Below, in pieces: positions 1-10,720 of a stretch of DNA of 64,000 nt. The notes beneath the pieces are model-generated. The model ran no database searches. It was not told the origin of the DNA and was given only the letters and a program-made list of their open reading frames with translations. The stretch is taken from positions 151,101 to 215,100 of the forward strand of contig JBKBHI010000007.1 of NCBI GenBank assembly GCA_046297835.1. The letters are read 5' to 3'. The stretch is from Alphaproteobacteria bacterium. Lineage in GTDB: Bacteria; Pseudomonadota; Alphaproteobacteria; SMXQ01. How positions within the stretch are numbered: the first letter of the stretch is position 1; each line of letters opens with the position of its first letter. The position numbers and the translations under genes were made by a program.

Positions 1-844
1 GCCAGGCTTTGTCTTTGTGGCCCATTAGCTTGTGCCAGCTCGCCTTGAACCAATAGGCGCGGACGTTGCGCCGGCCCCAGGCGCGCGCATCTTCGGCATT
101 GCGGTGCTTGGCTTCAAGATAGAGCCGCGACCAGGCGTGGTGCCAATATTTGCGCCGCAGAATCTCGTCGGTTGGCGGCGAGGACAAGCCGCCCTGGTGA
201 TGCGCGGCGGCGGCCGGAGCCTGCACCAGCGCGTAGCCGGCGCGCCGCATCTTCAGGCAGAGGTCGTCGTCCTCGAAGTAGAGAAAAATTTCAGGATCGA
301 ATCCGCCGACCTCGCGAAAGGCGGCGACCCGCACGAGCATGACCGCGCCCGAGAGGAAATCGGCGCAGATGTCCCCATCGGGCGGCAGGCGCTCCTTGCC
401 GGAGATCTTGTGCTGATCGAACAATCCGACATTGTGGGAGGCGATGCGCGCGCCGTCGGCGTTCAGGATGGCGGGGCCGACGATGCCGGCGTTGGGATTG
501 CGGTCGGCCGCGGCGACCAGCGCCTCCACCGAACCGGGAGCCATGCGCGCGTCGGGGTTGAGCAGCAGCGCGAACTCCGTTTCGACAACGGCGACGCCTT
601 GGTTGTTGGCGCGGCCGAAGCCCTGGTTGGTCACGTTGGAGATGATGTTCGCCTTCGGCAAGGCGCGCTGCGCCACGCCGGCCGAATCGTCATCGCTTGC
701 GTTGTCGACGACGACGACGGCCCTGGCCCGCGCCACCGAGGCGAGGGCATCGCCGATCACGCCGGCGCTGCGATAGGCGACGCTGACCACGGACACGCGC
801 GCCCAGGGATTGGAATCCCCGGGCGCTTCGGCGGCTTGGCTCAT
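1..844 (-). CDS. Glycosyltransferase family 2 (WbbL/RfbF-like), 3' end runs off the window
   Basis: My translation from ATG at 844: VSVVSVAY...VVVVDNAS...NQGFGRANN...LLLNPDA...GGFDPEIFLYFEDDDLC. No stop reached inside the window, so it is absent from the ORF track. Confidence 0.85.
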   Translation of the reverse strand, partial: MSQAAEAPGDSNPWARVSVVSVAYRSAGVIGDALASVARARAVVVVDNASDDDSAGVAQRALPKANIISNVTNQGFGRANNQGVAVVETEFALLLNPDARMAPGSVEALVAAADRNPNAGIVGPAILNADGARIASHNVGLFDQHKISGKERLPPDGDICADFLSGAVMLVRVAAFREVGGFDPEIFLYFEDDDLCLKMRRAGYALVQAPAAAAHHQGGLSSPPTDEILRRKYWHHAWSRLYLEAKHRNAEDARAWGRRNVRAYWFKASWHKLMGHKDKAW

Positions 845-851
845 GGACGGC

Positions 852-2888
<2,037 letters not shown>

Positions 2889-2892
2889 GGCG

Positions 2893-2921
2893 ATGATGGG
2901 GCCGGGCGGGTGCGGAATCAA
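2893..2921 (-). promoter_or_regulatory. Putative sigma70 promoter for the riboswitch-thiC transcript
   Basis: TTGATT-N17-CATCAT on the minus strand; predicted start site falls at the riboswitch 5' end. Confidence 0.55.
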
Positions 2922-2993
2922 GCGTTTCCGGGTATTGCCGGCGGCTCGGGCGGGATGAAACGGCGGGGGCCGAAATGAACCGCGCCGGACGCG

Positions 2994-3027
2994 AAAAGGG
3001 CCGGAGCGGCTGGCGCTCCGGCCCTTA
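2994..3027 (-). terminator. Rho-independent terminator after first Bug gene
   Basis: AAGGGCCGGAGCG / CGCTCCGGCCCTT stem followed by TTTT on the minus strand. Confidence 0.75.
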
Positions 3028-3052
3028 AGGCTCAGGTTCGCGACGTCGCGCT

Positions 3053-4114
3053 TTACTTGGCGGCGCCGAGCAATTGCTGCATGCGCGCGACCACTTGCGG
3101 CGGCACGTTCACGGTGTCGGCGACCAGCTTCTGCAGCTTCTCGCCGTCCATCGGGAAGAAGTCGAGCTTCATGCGCTCGACGTCGGCCAGCAGCTCCTTG
3201 TCCTTCACCGTCGCGTCGAACGCCTTGCGCAGCGCGGCGACGCGGTCGGCCGGCACGCCCGGCGTGGAATTGTAGGCGCGGCCGATATCGCCGCCCGAGG
3301 CGTAGGTGGCGAGAACCTGGCGCTCTTCGTCGTTGCGGGCCAGCTCGACGACGGCGGGCACATCGGGAATTTCCGGCGCGCGCTCGGTCACGTACTGGAT
3401 CATCATGAAGGCTTGCTTGTCCTTCAGCCAATGGGCGCGCGCGGTCTTCATGGTGTTCCACGACGTCAGCGCGCCGTTCACCTCGCCGCGTTCCATGGCC
3501 AGCAGGCCGTCGGTCGAACCCGGATAGCCGGCAATGATCTTGAACTTGGTGCCGAGCAGCCCGTTCAGGATGCGCGGATAGCCGTCGGACGGCGAGCCCG
3601 GACCGGTCGAGGCGACCGAAACTTCGGTGGTCAGGACGTCCTTGACGGTCTTGGCTTTGGTGGTGTGCCAGAAGACCTGCACCTCGATGTTCGAGGTGGC
3701 GCGGCCGATCCAGGCGAACTCGTTGGACTTGTACTGCACGCCCGGGTTTTTCAGCGCCTCTTCCAAAGCCGCAGTCTGCGACAGGGCGGAGAGCGCCGTG
3801 CCGTCCTTGGGCGCGACCGAATACATGTAATTGGCGGCCTTGAAGCCGCCGGCGCCCGGCATGTTCTGCGGCACGATCGTCGGGTTGCCCGGAATATGCT
3901 TGCCCATGTAGCGCGAAACCATGCGCGCCAGGCTGTCGTAGGAGCCGCCCGGCGCGAAGCCGATGTACATGTTGATGGTCTTGCCCTTGTAGAACTGCTC
4001 GACCGATTGCTGCGCCTGAGCGGTGGCGGGCAGGAAGGCGAGAGCGGCGGCGGAAAGGGCGACGGCGACGGCGGTGCGTCCGGCGGACGGAGTCCGCCCC
4101 TGGCGATGGATCAC
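3053..4114 (-). CDS. Bug/TctC family tripartite tricarboxylate transporter substrate-binding protein (1 of 6)
   Basis: Signal peptide ending AQA, GFAPGGSYD, NMPGAGG, GYPG...LAMERGEV. GTG at 4114 follows AGGAG. Confidence 0.9.
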   Translation of the reverse strand: MIHRQGRTPSAGRTAVAVALSAAALAFLPATAQAQQSVEQFYKGKTINMYIGFAPGGSYDSLARMVSRYMGKHIPGNPTIVPQNMPGAGGFKAANYMYSVAPKDGTALSALSQTAALEEALKNPGVQYKSNEFAWIGRATSNIEVQVFWHTTKAKTVKDVLTTEVSVASTGPGSPSDGYPRILNGLLGTKFKIIAGYPGSTDGLLAMERGEVNGALTSWNTMKTARAHWLKDKQAFMMIQYVTERAPEIPDVPAVVELARNDEERQVLATYASGGDIGRAYNSTPGVPADRVAALRKAFDATVKDKELLADVERMKLDFFPMDGEKLQKLVADTVNVPPQVVARMQQLLGAAK

Positions 4115-4318
4115 GTGAAATCTCCTGAGATGTTTTTTAATGCAGATATTTTTATTAGTTAGAAGACTACAGGCGTGCGCCGCTCCTGCCAAGGTTCGCG
4201 ATCCGTGACAGCCGCTGTCGCATTGCGCCGCACAATGGGCGCTTAAAATTCGACCATGACGACCGCAGCGCGGCTTCCCAGGTTGCGCCGGGCGGCGGAG
4301 AGCCCTAGAACCATTGTC

Positions 4319-4843
4319 ATGTTTTTCAACGCTCTATCGCCGCGAGCGCGCTGCTTCGCGGCGGCGCTGCTGATCTCCGGCACTGTCTTCGCGCCGGCTC
4401 CGGCCCGCGCCGATTGCACCGACGCGCCGGCCCCCGGCGTCGATTGGCGGCGCTGCTATCATGACGGCCGCGCTTTTCCCGGCGTCGATCTGTCGCGCGC
4501 CCAGCTGCGCGACGCCAGCTTCACGCGCGCAGATCTGTCCAAGACGACGTTCGACGGAGCCGACGCCTATCGCGCGAAATTCTATTCCGCGGTCATGCCG
4601 GGCGCGTCCTTCGCCGGCGCCCGCGTCGCCGAGGCTGATTTCAGCGAGGCGAACCTCGCCGGCGCCAGCTTCGCCCAGGCGGACTTGCGCGGCGCCAAGC
4701 TGATCGCCGCCGACCTGCGCGGGGCCGATTTCTCCGGCGCGAACCTGCGCGGGGCGGATTTCTTCCGCGCCCGCCTCGGCGGGGCGTTGTGGACCGACGG
4801 CAAAACCCGCTGCGCCGACAATTCCGTCGGCCAATGCAACTGA
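4319..4843 (+). CDS. Secreted pentapeptide-repeat protein
   Basis: Signal peptide ending PARA, then A(D/N)L/F-type repeats (ADLRGADFSGANLRGADF), Cys pairs at both ends. Start taken at ATG 4319; ORF track starts at 4256. Confidence 0.85.
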   Translation: MFFNALSPRARCFAAALLISGTVFAPAPARADCTDAPAPGVDWRRCYHDGRAFPGVDLSRAQLRDASFTRADLSKTTFDGADAYRAKFYSAVMPGASFAGARVAEADFSEANLAGASFAQADLRGAKLIAADLRGADFSGANLRGADFFRARLGGALWTDGKTRCADNSVGQCN

Positions 4844-4930
4844 GCCAGCCCCGGCTTAGCGAAGTCTTTACTCCTTCCGGATAGGATCGCGGCACCAAGG
4901 GCGGCCAGGGGGTCGCAGAGCGGGGCAGCC

Positions 4931-5989
4931 GTGGATTTCTTCGACGACCTTCAGCGCGCCAAGCGCTTGGCCGATCAGGCGATGGGCTTTCTGGGCAAAG
5001 CCCAGCAGCCGCCGCATCCGCGCAATTTCGCCCTGCTCTACGGCTATTTCGCCAACAAGAGCGCGGCTCTGACCCGCGATCTCGACCAAGCGCTCAAGGT
5101 CGGCGCGCCGCTCGGCCAAGCCACGCTCGACGCGCTCTATCAGCGCCATTTCGGCATCGACGCCGGGGCTCAGACGATCCACAAGGCGAGCGGCGTCATC
5201 GAGGCTATGCTCGACAAGATATTGTCGCAAATGGGCGAGGCGCGCGATCACAGCCGCGCCTACGGCCAGGCGCTCGAAGATTTCTCCGGCCGCATCGACG
5301 GCGGCGGCGAGGCGGGGCTCTCGCTCGACGATCTGCGCGGGGCGCTGACGACCATGCTCGACGAGACGCGCAAGATGGAAAGCAACGCGCGTCGCCTGGA
5401 AACGCAATTCGCCGCGGCGAACACCGAACTGAGCGAACTGAAGGAAAGCTTCGAGCGGGTGCGCGTCGAGGCGATGACCGACGCGCTGACCGGCATCGCC
5501 AACCGCAAGAGCTTCGACGAGCGGCTGGCCGCGCTGACCCGCGACACGGAGGTTTGGCCGCTGGCGCTGATCATGGTCGATATCGACCATTTCAAGAAGT
5601 TCAACGACAATTACGGCCATCAGACGGGCGACCAGGTGCTGCGCCTGGTGGCGCAGACGCTGGTCGATTGCGTGCGCGGCCAGGACTTCGCGGCGCGCTA
5701 TGGCGGCGAGGAGTTCGCGCTATTGCTGCCGAACACCGATCTCGACGGCGCTTTCGCGGTCGCCGACAACATCCGCAACAAGGTGGCGGCCAAGAAGATC
5801 ACGCGGCGCAGCACCGGCGAAAGCCTGGGGCAGATCACGCTGTCGCTCGGCATCTCGCGCTATCGGCCGAACGAGGAGCTGGCCGCCTTCGTCAGCCGCG
5901 CGGACCAGGGCCTCTATCTGGCCAAGGACCACGGCCGCAACCGCGTCAGCTCCGTCGAATCCCTGCGCGAGATCGCCGCGAGCGCGTGA
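4931..5989 (+). CDS. Diguanylate cyclase (GGDEF) with N-terminal helical/coiled-coil region
   Basis: DALTGIANR, DIDHFKKFND, RGQD inhibitory site, RYGGEEF active site. Confidence 0.93.
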   Translation: MDFFDDLQRAKRLADQAMGFLGKAQQPPHPRNFALLYGYFANKSAALTRDLDQALKVGAPLGQATLDALYQRHFGIDAGAQTIHKASGVIEAMLDKILSQMGEARDHSRAYGQALEDFSGRIDGGGEAGLSLDDLRGALTTMLDETRKMESNARRLETQFAAANTELSELKESFERVRVEAMTDALTGIANRKSFDERLAALTRDTEVWPLALIMVDIDHFKKFNDNYGHQTGDQVLRLVAQTLVDCVRGQDFAARYGGEEFALLLPNTDLDGAFAVADNIRNKVAAKKITRRSTGESLGQITLSLGISRYRPNEELAAFVSRADQGLYLAKDHGRNRVSSVESLREIAASA

Positions 5990-6005
5990 ACCACGCTGGC
6001 CGGCT

Positions 6006-6962
6006 TTACGCCGTCACGCGAACGTCCGCCCGATATTTCTCGCACAAGGTTTTCCAGCGCTCGGCCTTGCGCTTCTGCGCGGCGTCCACTTCGGGCGGAA
6101 TCTCCAGGAACGGCGGACGCAAGGGGCCCGGATCGACATAGCCGGCATAGCGGATGGCGATCTTCGCCGCCGTCTCGCGCCAGGACATGGTGGGCGGGGT
6201 CGCGCCCACCGGCGGCGCGAGATCGAGCGTGATCTCGGTGGCGCGGGCGATGTCGCCGCGCTTCATGGCTTCGCGCAGAGCCAATTGCGGCCAAGGCCCC
6301 ATCCAAGCTTCGATCGACCAGAACCCGCGCGCGCCGACCTGCCCGTAGGTCGCGTATTGCCATTGGTTGCAGAAGACCGTCATTTTGCCGCGCGCGATGT
6401 CGATCAGGCGCATGAATTCCGGCGGCTCGCGGTGGCTGTCCTTCATCGCGACGATGTTCGGAATCTTCAGCAGCTCCTGCACGATGCCGAGGTTGAGCTT
6501 GATGTTGTGCAGCGGCGGGTTGTGATAGACCATGATGCCGAGCTTGGGAAACAGCGCGGCGATGTCCTGAAAGAAGCGGATCGCGTTCTGCGGCGACGAC
6601 GGGAAGTAGAATGGCACGCCGATGAGCGCGCCCGCCGCCTTGGTCTGCTCGATGATTCTGAGCTTGGCGATCACCTCGCGGGTGTTCAACCCAGTCGCGC
6701 CGACGAACATCGGCACCCGGCGGTTGTTGATCTCGGCGGCGGCGCGGGTCAACGTCTCGAATTCGTTCGGCAACAACGTATGAAACTCGCCGAAGCTGCC
6801 CGCAGTCGAGATGACGTCGGCGCCGTCGCCGATCATGCGGTTCAGGCCTTTCTCGAGCCGATCGAGCGAGATCGTTTCGGTGGCGTGGATGTCCGCCGCA
6901 TCGTCCGTCGCGAAAGCCGGCATCATCGCCATAAGGCCGGAAAGCTCGTCTGACCTGATCAT
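6006..6962 (-). CDS. DHDPS/NAL-superfamily hydratase-aldolase, NahE (trans-o-hydroxybenzylidenepyruvate hydratase-aldolase)-like
   Basis: GSFGE, GATGLNTREVI, VYHNP, AMKD (Schiff-base Lys), GPLRPPF and C-terminal W..L.EKY match my recollection of NahE along the whole length. Confidence 0.8.
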   Translation of the reverse strand: MIRSDELSGLMAMMPAFATDDAADIHATETISLDRLEKGLNRMIGDGADVISTAGSFGEFHTLLPNEFETLTRAAAEINNRRVPMFVGATGLNTREVIAKLRIIEQTKAAGALIGVPFYFPSSPQNAIRFFQDIAALFPKLGIMVYHNPPLHNIKLNLGIVQELLKIPNIVAMKDSHREPPEFMRLIDIARGKMTVFCNQWQYATYGQVGARGFWSIEAWMGPWPQLALREAMKRGDIARATEITLDLAPPVGATPPTMSWRETAAKIAIRYAGYVDPGPLRPPFLEIPPEVDAAQKRKAERWKTLCEKYRADVRVTA

Positions 6963-6998
6963 CTCTTTAACTCCTGAAGTTCGCTATGAATCGGGTGT

Positions 6999-7571
6999 CT
7001 ACCACTTTTCCGGAACCGGTTTGGCCAAAGCCTCTTCCAGGCTGCTCGCGCGGATGAACTGCCCGTGCGGACGCAGGCGGCCCGTCGAATCGATTTTGTC
7101 CATGTTGCAATAAATTTCGAACTCGTAGCCGTCAGGATCGAGGAAGTTCACGGCGTAATTGCAGCCCGCGCCTTTGCGTCCTTCGAAGACGATAGGAATG
7201 CCGTTCGCCTTCAAGTAGTCCCGCGCCTTCAGCAGCATATCGGTGTTTTCGATCTCCAGGGCGAGATGCTCGACTTGCAAACCGGCATCCATGTCGCGAT
7301 GGCGCTTCGTCTTGGAGGGCTTCAGGCCGATCGCATGGTGGTCCTCGTTGCAGCGGAAGAACACCATGCCGATCTCGTTGCGGTCCGTTTCATGGAAGCC
7401 CATGACTTCCGTCCAGAAGCGCACGCTGCGCTCCATGTCGCTGACCTCATAGACGAGATGGCCGAGCTTGTTCACCTTGATCGGCGAGGTGCCGCTGTAG
7501 CGGTCCGGATGGCGCGGTTTGGCCGCAGCGGCCTCCACACGCTTATTTTCGGTCATCGTGTGATGATCCAT
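6999..7571 (-). CDS. Single-domain VOC (glyoxalase/extradiol dioxygenase) family protein
   Basis: LGHLVY, DHHAIG, EHLALE, FLDPDGYEFEIY. ATG at 7571 follows AAGGAG. Confidence 0.85.
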   Translation of the reverse strand: MDHHTMTENKRVEAAAAKPRHPDRYSGTSPIKVNKLGHLVYEVSDMERSVRFWTEVMGFHETDRNEIGMVFFRCNEDHHAIGLKPSKTKRHRDMDAGLQVEHLALEIENTDMLLKARDYLKANGIPIVFEGRKGAGCNYAVNFLDPDGYEFEIYCNMDKIDSTGRLRPHGQFIRASSLEEALAKPVPEKW

Positions 7572-7601
7572 GAGGTTCTCCTTTACCATTCAGCGCGGAG
7601 C

Positions 7602-8624
7602 TTATTTGAAGTTGGCCTTCAGAATGTCGATCACCTCTGGCGGCGTATCGGCGACGACGCGCCGGTAAAACGCTTCTAGCTCCTCGCCTTTCACCGGAAG
7701 GAACTTGAACTTGCGCTTTTCCAGCGCGGCGACGAACTCCTGATCGTTCAGCATGTCGTTCCATGCCTTGCGCAATGTGGCCACGCGTTCGGCCGGCGTT
7801 GCCGGAGGGAGAACGTAGGGCCGCGCCGCAGACAGGCCCTCGTTGATCGTCTCGAACAGAGCGCCGGGGTTCGGCATCAGTTCGCGTATGGTTGGAGCGT
7901 CGGGAATCAGCGCGTCGCGCTCGTTACCGCTGACAGCGAGCACTTTCGCGAAGCCGCTGCTCAGCCACGTCGGACGGGAGTGGACGATGCTCTCGACCGT
8001 GTTGGTGCGGCCGTCGATTTCGCCGCGCTCGATGGCGAGGTCTTGCTCGGCGCTTTCATAGCCATGCACCATGTTCAGCTTGATGCCCAAAGCATTTTGC
8101 CACACCAGGCTGAACAGATAGGTGCCGGTGCCGAGGCCTTGCGTGCCGATGGCGGGCGGCTTCGCCGATTTACGAATGTCCTCGATGCTCTTGAATTTGT
8201 CGGTCCGCACGACGAGGGCGTAGGTGCTGCGCGTCCAACTGCCGAGCACAGGCATTTTGCTGATGTCGAATTTGACCACGCTCGATCCGGCGAGCTGCTG
8301 GAGATAGTGGCCGCTACCAAGCTGATAGATATTGAGGCCGTCCGGCGCCGCGACATTGTAGGCGGCGTTGATCGAAGCGAGGCCGCCGGCACCCGGTTGA
8401 TTCTGGGCAATGACGGTCGGCTGGCCGGGAATATGCTTGCCGATGAATTGAGCGACCAAGCGGCCATCGGCATCGGCTGTGCCGCCTGCGGCATAACCGA
8501 TGACCACGCTCACGCGTTTGCCAGCATAATAATTGTCGCTCTGCGCCCAAGCGGAGCCAATCAGGGCGAGATTTGCAGCCGCCGCGGCGGTTCCACAAGC
8601 GAACACAGTGATGAATTTGGACAT
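7602..8624 (-). CDS. Bug/TctC family substrate-binding protein (2 of 6)
   Basis: Signal peptide ending AWA, GYAAGGTAD, NQPGAGG, LAIERGEIDGR. Confidence 0.9.
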   Translation of the reverse strand: MSKFITVFACGTAAAAANLALIGSAWAQSDNYYAGKRVSVVIGYAAGGTADADGRLVAQFIGKHIPGQPTVIAQNQPGAGGLASINAAYNVAAPDGLNIYQLGSGHYLQQLAGSSVVKFDISKMPVLGSWTRSTYALVVRTDKFKSIEDIRKSAKPPAIGTQGLGTGTYLFSLVWQNALGIKLNMVHGYESAEQDLAIERGEIDGRTNTVESIVHSRPTWLSSGFAKVLAVSGNERDALIPDAPTIRELMPNPGALFETINEGLSAARPYVLPPATPAERVATLRKAWNDMLNDQEFVAALEKRKFKFLPVKGEELEAFYRRVVADTPPEVIDILKANFK

Positions 8625-8690
8625 GCTTTCCTCCCTCTATTGATTTTTTGCGCCGCATTTTTGCGGTCGCGTCGCATCAGTCGGCGATGC

Positions 8691-9869
8691 TTAGCCGTAA
8701 AGCCACCTCTCGCCGTCAAGGCCGGGACGGCCCGGATATTTCGCGGCGACCGCGCGGACCGATGGATGGTCGAGTACGCCGAGCCGGCCGTTGTCGTGCA
8801 GAGTCTGATTGCCGACGACGAGCGTCGCGCCGCGCGCCTCGGCCGCCGTATGCAAGTTGTAGGGAAAATTCTTGCCGCCGCGGCCGAGATGCATGTGCAC
8901 CGCGCCGGTGTGGAACGAGGCGATGAACTCGCGGTAATCCTCGTCGGGGCATTGCGCTGCGGTGACGTTGGCGCAGGGGTGCACGCCGCCATGCGGGCCG
9001 CGGATTTCAAAGGCGTAGTCGTCGCCGACGCTCTTGGCCAATTCATGGAGGAACCGTTCGATGACGGCGGCTTCGGGGCCACCCTCGAACTTGGTCATGT
9101 GGTTGTTTTCGACAGTGATGCGCACCGGCGCGCTGAAGCGCGGCGGGATGCCGATATGGCGCGCCCACACCGGCATCATCCGGTCGCAGATGAAGACGCC
9201 CTGGGTGTCGAGCGGATTGACCGCCGGATAAATGCCTTCCGGGAAGGGGCGATAACGCCCGTCATGGCGCCAGTAGGCATAGCTGTCGCCGCCCCGGATC
9301 GGGTCGCCCGAACTGCCTTCGAGATGCGTGCCGTTGGGGTGGGTCAGCCGCCAGCGATCGCCCGGCTTCATCATTTCGGCCATGCGGTAGCGGATTTCCG
9401 AGATCAACTCGTGCGGCGTGCGCGCCCAGGCGCTGCACAACAGCGGCGCCGTCGTCGCCATGTTGCGCACCATCGGCACCTTGTTCTCGGCGAGGATGTC
9501 GTTCCATTCCTTGGTTTCCTCTTCGGAGGAAAGATCGAGGACATGGCTGATGACGATGTCGGCACCCTTCACCGCGTGCTTGAGCACCGGCGGCACGCGC
9601 CAGATGGTTTCCTTCGTCGGGATGTCCGGCCAAATGACGTTCGGACGGACCGGCATATCGACCCACATCACGGTGGGATGGGCGCCGCGCTGTTGCACGG
9701 CCGCCTGGACCCAGGCGATGGCCGTCTCGTCGACGATGTTGCGGCCGCCATGGAGCCCGTCCGGCGCGGCGACGATCAGGACGTTCTGCCCGGGCTGCAA
9801 GCGGGCGCAGTGCTCGAGCATGTCGTTGATAGCAATGGCCGCTTCGGGAGGCATAGGGGCGTACGACAT
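8691..9869 (-). CDS. Peptidase M29 / NicX-fold protein of unknown function
   Basis: Layout (LQPGQNVLIV...ADIVI...RLTHPNGTHL...FPEG...GVFICD...VRITVENNHMTKFEGGPEA...H...ATLVVGNQTLHDNG) resembles the thermophilic metalloprotease/2,5-dihydroxypyridine dioxygenase fold; remote similarity only. Confidence 0.55.
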   Translation of the reverse strand: MSYAPMPPEAAIAINDMLEHCARLQPGQNVLIVAAPDGLHGGRNIVDETAIAWVQAAVQQRGAHPTVMWVDMPVRPNVIWPDIPTKETIWRVPPVLKHAVKGADIVISHVLDLSSEEETKEWNDILAENKVPMVRNMATTAPLLCSAWARTPHELISEIRYRMAEMMKPGDRWRLTHPNGTHLEGSSGDPIRGGDSYAYWRHDGRYRPFPEGIYPAVNPLDTQGVFICDRMMPVWARHIGIPPRFSAPVRITVENNHMTKFEGGPEAAVIERFLHELAKSVGDDYAFEIRGPHGGVHPCANVTAAQCPDEDYREFIASFHTGAVHMHLGRGGKNFPYNLHTAAEARGATLVVGNQTLHDNGRLGVLDHPSVRAVAAKYPGRPGLDGERWLYG

Positions 9870-9877
9870 GATTTCTC

Positions 9878-10639
9878 CTATGGCGCGCGGCGTTTGCTGA
9901 CGCGGGCGCGTCCGGCCGTCGCGCCGCCGTCGAGGGTGATGACCGCGCCGGTCATGTAGCTGGCGGCGTCGGAGGCGAGAAACGAGACGAGATTGGCGAC
10001 ATCGGCTGACGTGCCGGCGCGGCCGAGCGGGATGTGCGCCGGCTTATCCTCGTCGGCGGATGCCGGGCGATGGCGGATCGTGCCGGGGCAGATACAGTTG
10101 ACGCGAATGCCATCGGGGCCGGCTTCGAGCGCCAGGGTCTTGGTGAACATGGCGACCGCGGCCTTCGAGGCGGCATAGGCAGCGCCGCCGGCGTAAGACA
10201 GAACCCCGCTGATCGAGCCGATATTGACGATGCTGCCGCCACCCTGCTTGCGCATATGGGGCAGGGCGGCCTGGCTACACAGCATGGTGCCGTCGACGTT
10301 GACGCGGAAGGTCTCGCGCCAATGATCGATGTTGTGGCCCTCGACCATTTCGAATGGATGGGCTGCAGCGTTGTTGCACAGCAAATCGAGGCGGCCGAAT
10401 GCGGCCGCAGCGCCGTCGACGGCGGCCCGCGCGCCCTCCGGCGTGCCGATGTCGGCGACGATCACGCGGATGCGGTCTTTATATTCGGCAAGGCTTTCGG
10501 ACGCGCGCGCGCAAGCCGCGCCATCGCGATCGGCTGCGAGCACGGACATGCCTTCGGCGGCGAGATGACGCACGATTTCGAGGCCGATTCCGGCAGCCCC
10601 GCCCGTGACAACGGCTGTTTTACGGACTTGTGTCAACAA
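9878..10639 (-). CDS. Short-chain dehydrogenase/reductase (SDR)
   Basis: TGGAAGIG, NNAA, YAASK, NCICPG. TTG start. Confidence 0.93.
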   Translation of the reverse strand: MLTQVRKTAVVTGGAAGIGLEIVRHLAAEGMSVLAADRDGAACARASESLAEYKDRIRVIVADIGTPEGARAAVDGAAAAFGRLDLLCNNAAAHPFEMVEGHNIDHWRETFRVNVDGTMLCSQAALPHMRKQGGGSIVNIGSISGVLSYAGGAAYAASKAAVAMFTKTLALEAGPDGIRVNCICPGTIRHRPASADEDKPAHIPLGRAGTSADVANLVSFLASDAASYMTGAVITLDGGATAGRARVSKRRAP

Positions 10640-10668
10640 GACCTCACGACGCTTGGCGCGACAGACGC

Positions 10669-10706
10669 AAAAAACGCCCGCCTGCCGGCGCTGGGCCGGC
10701 AGGCGG
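10669..10706 (-). terminator. Intercistronic terminator-like hairpin after the first gene of the catabolic operon
   Basis: Perfect 12-bp stem CCGCCTGCCGGC/GCCGGCAGGCGG, then GCG and six T on the minus strand. Confidence 0.55.
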
Positions 10707-10720
10707 ATATCACGTCGTGC

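Noticed and set aside
4319-4843. Qnr/MfpA-type quinolone resistance protein
   Set aside because: Has a signal peptide and is short; gyrase-protecting pentapeptide proteins are cytoplasmic.
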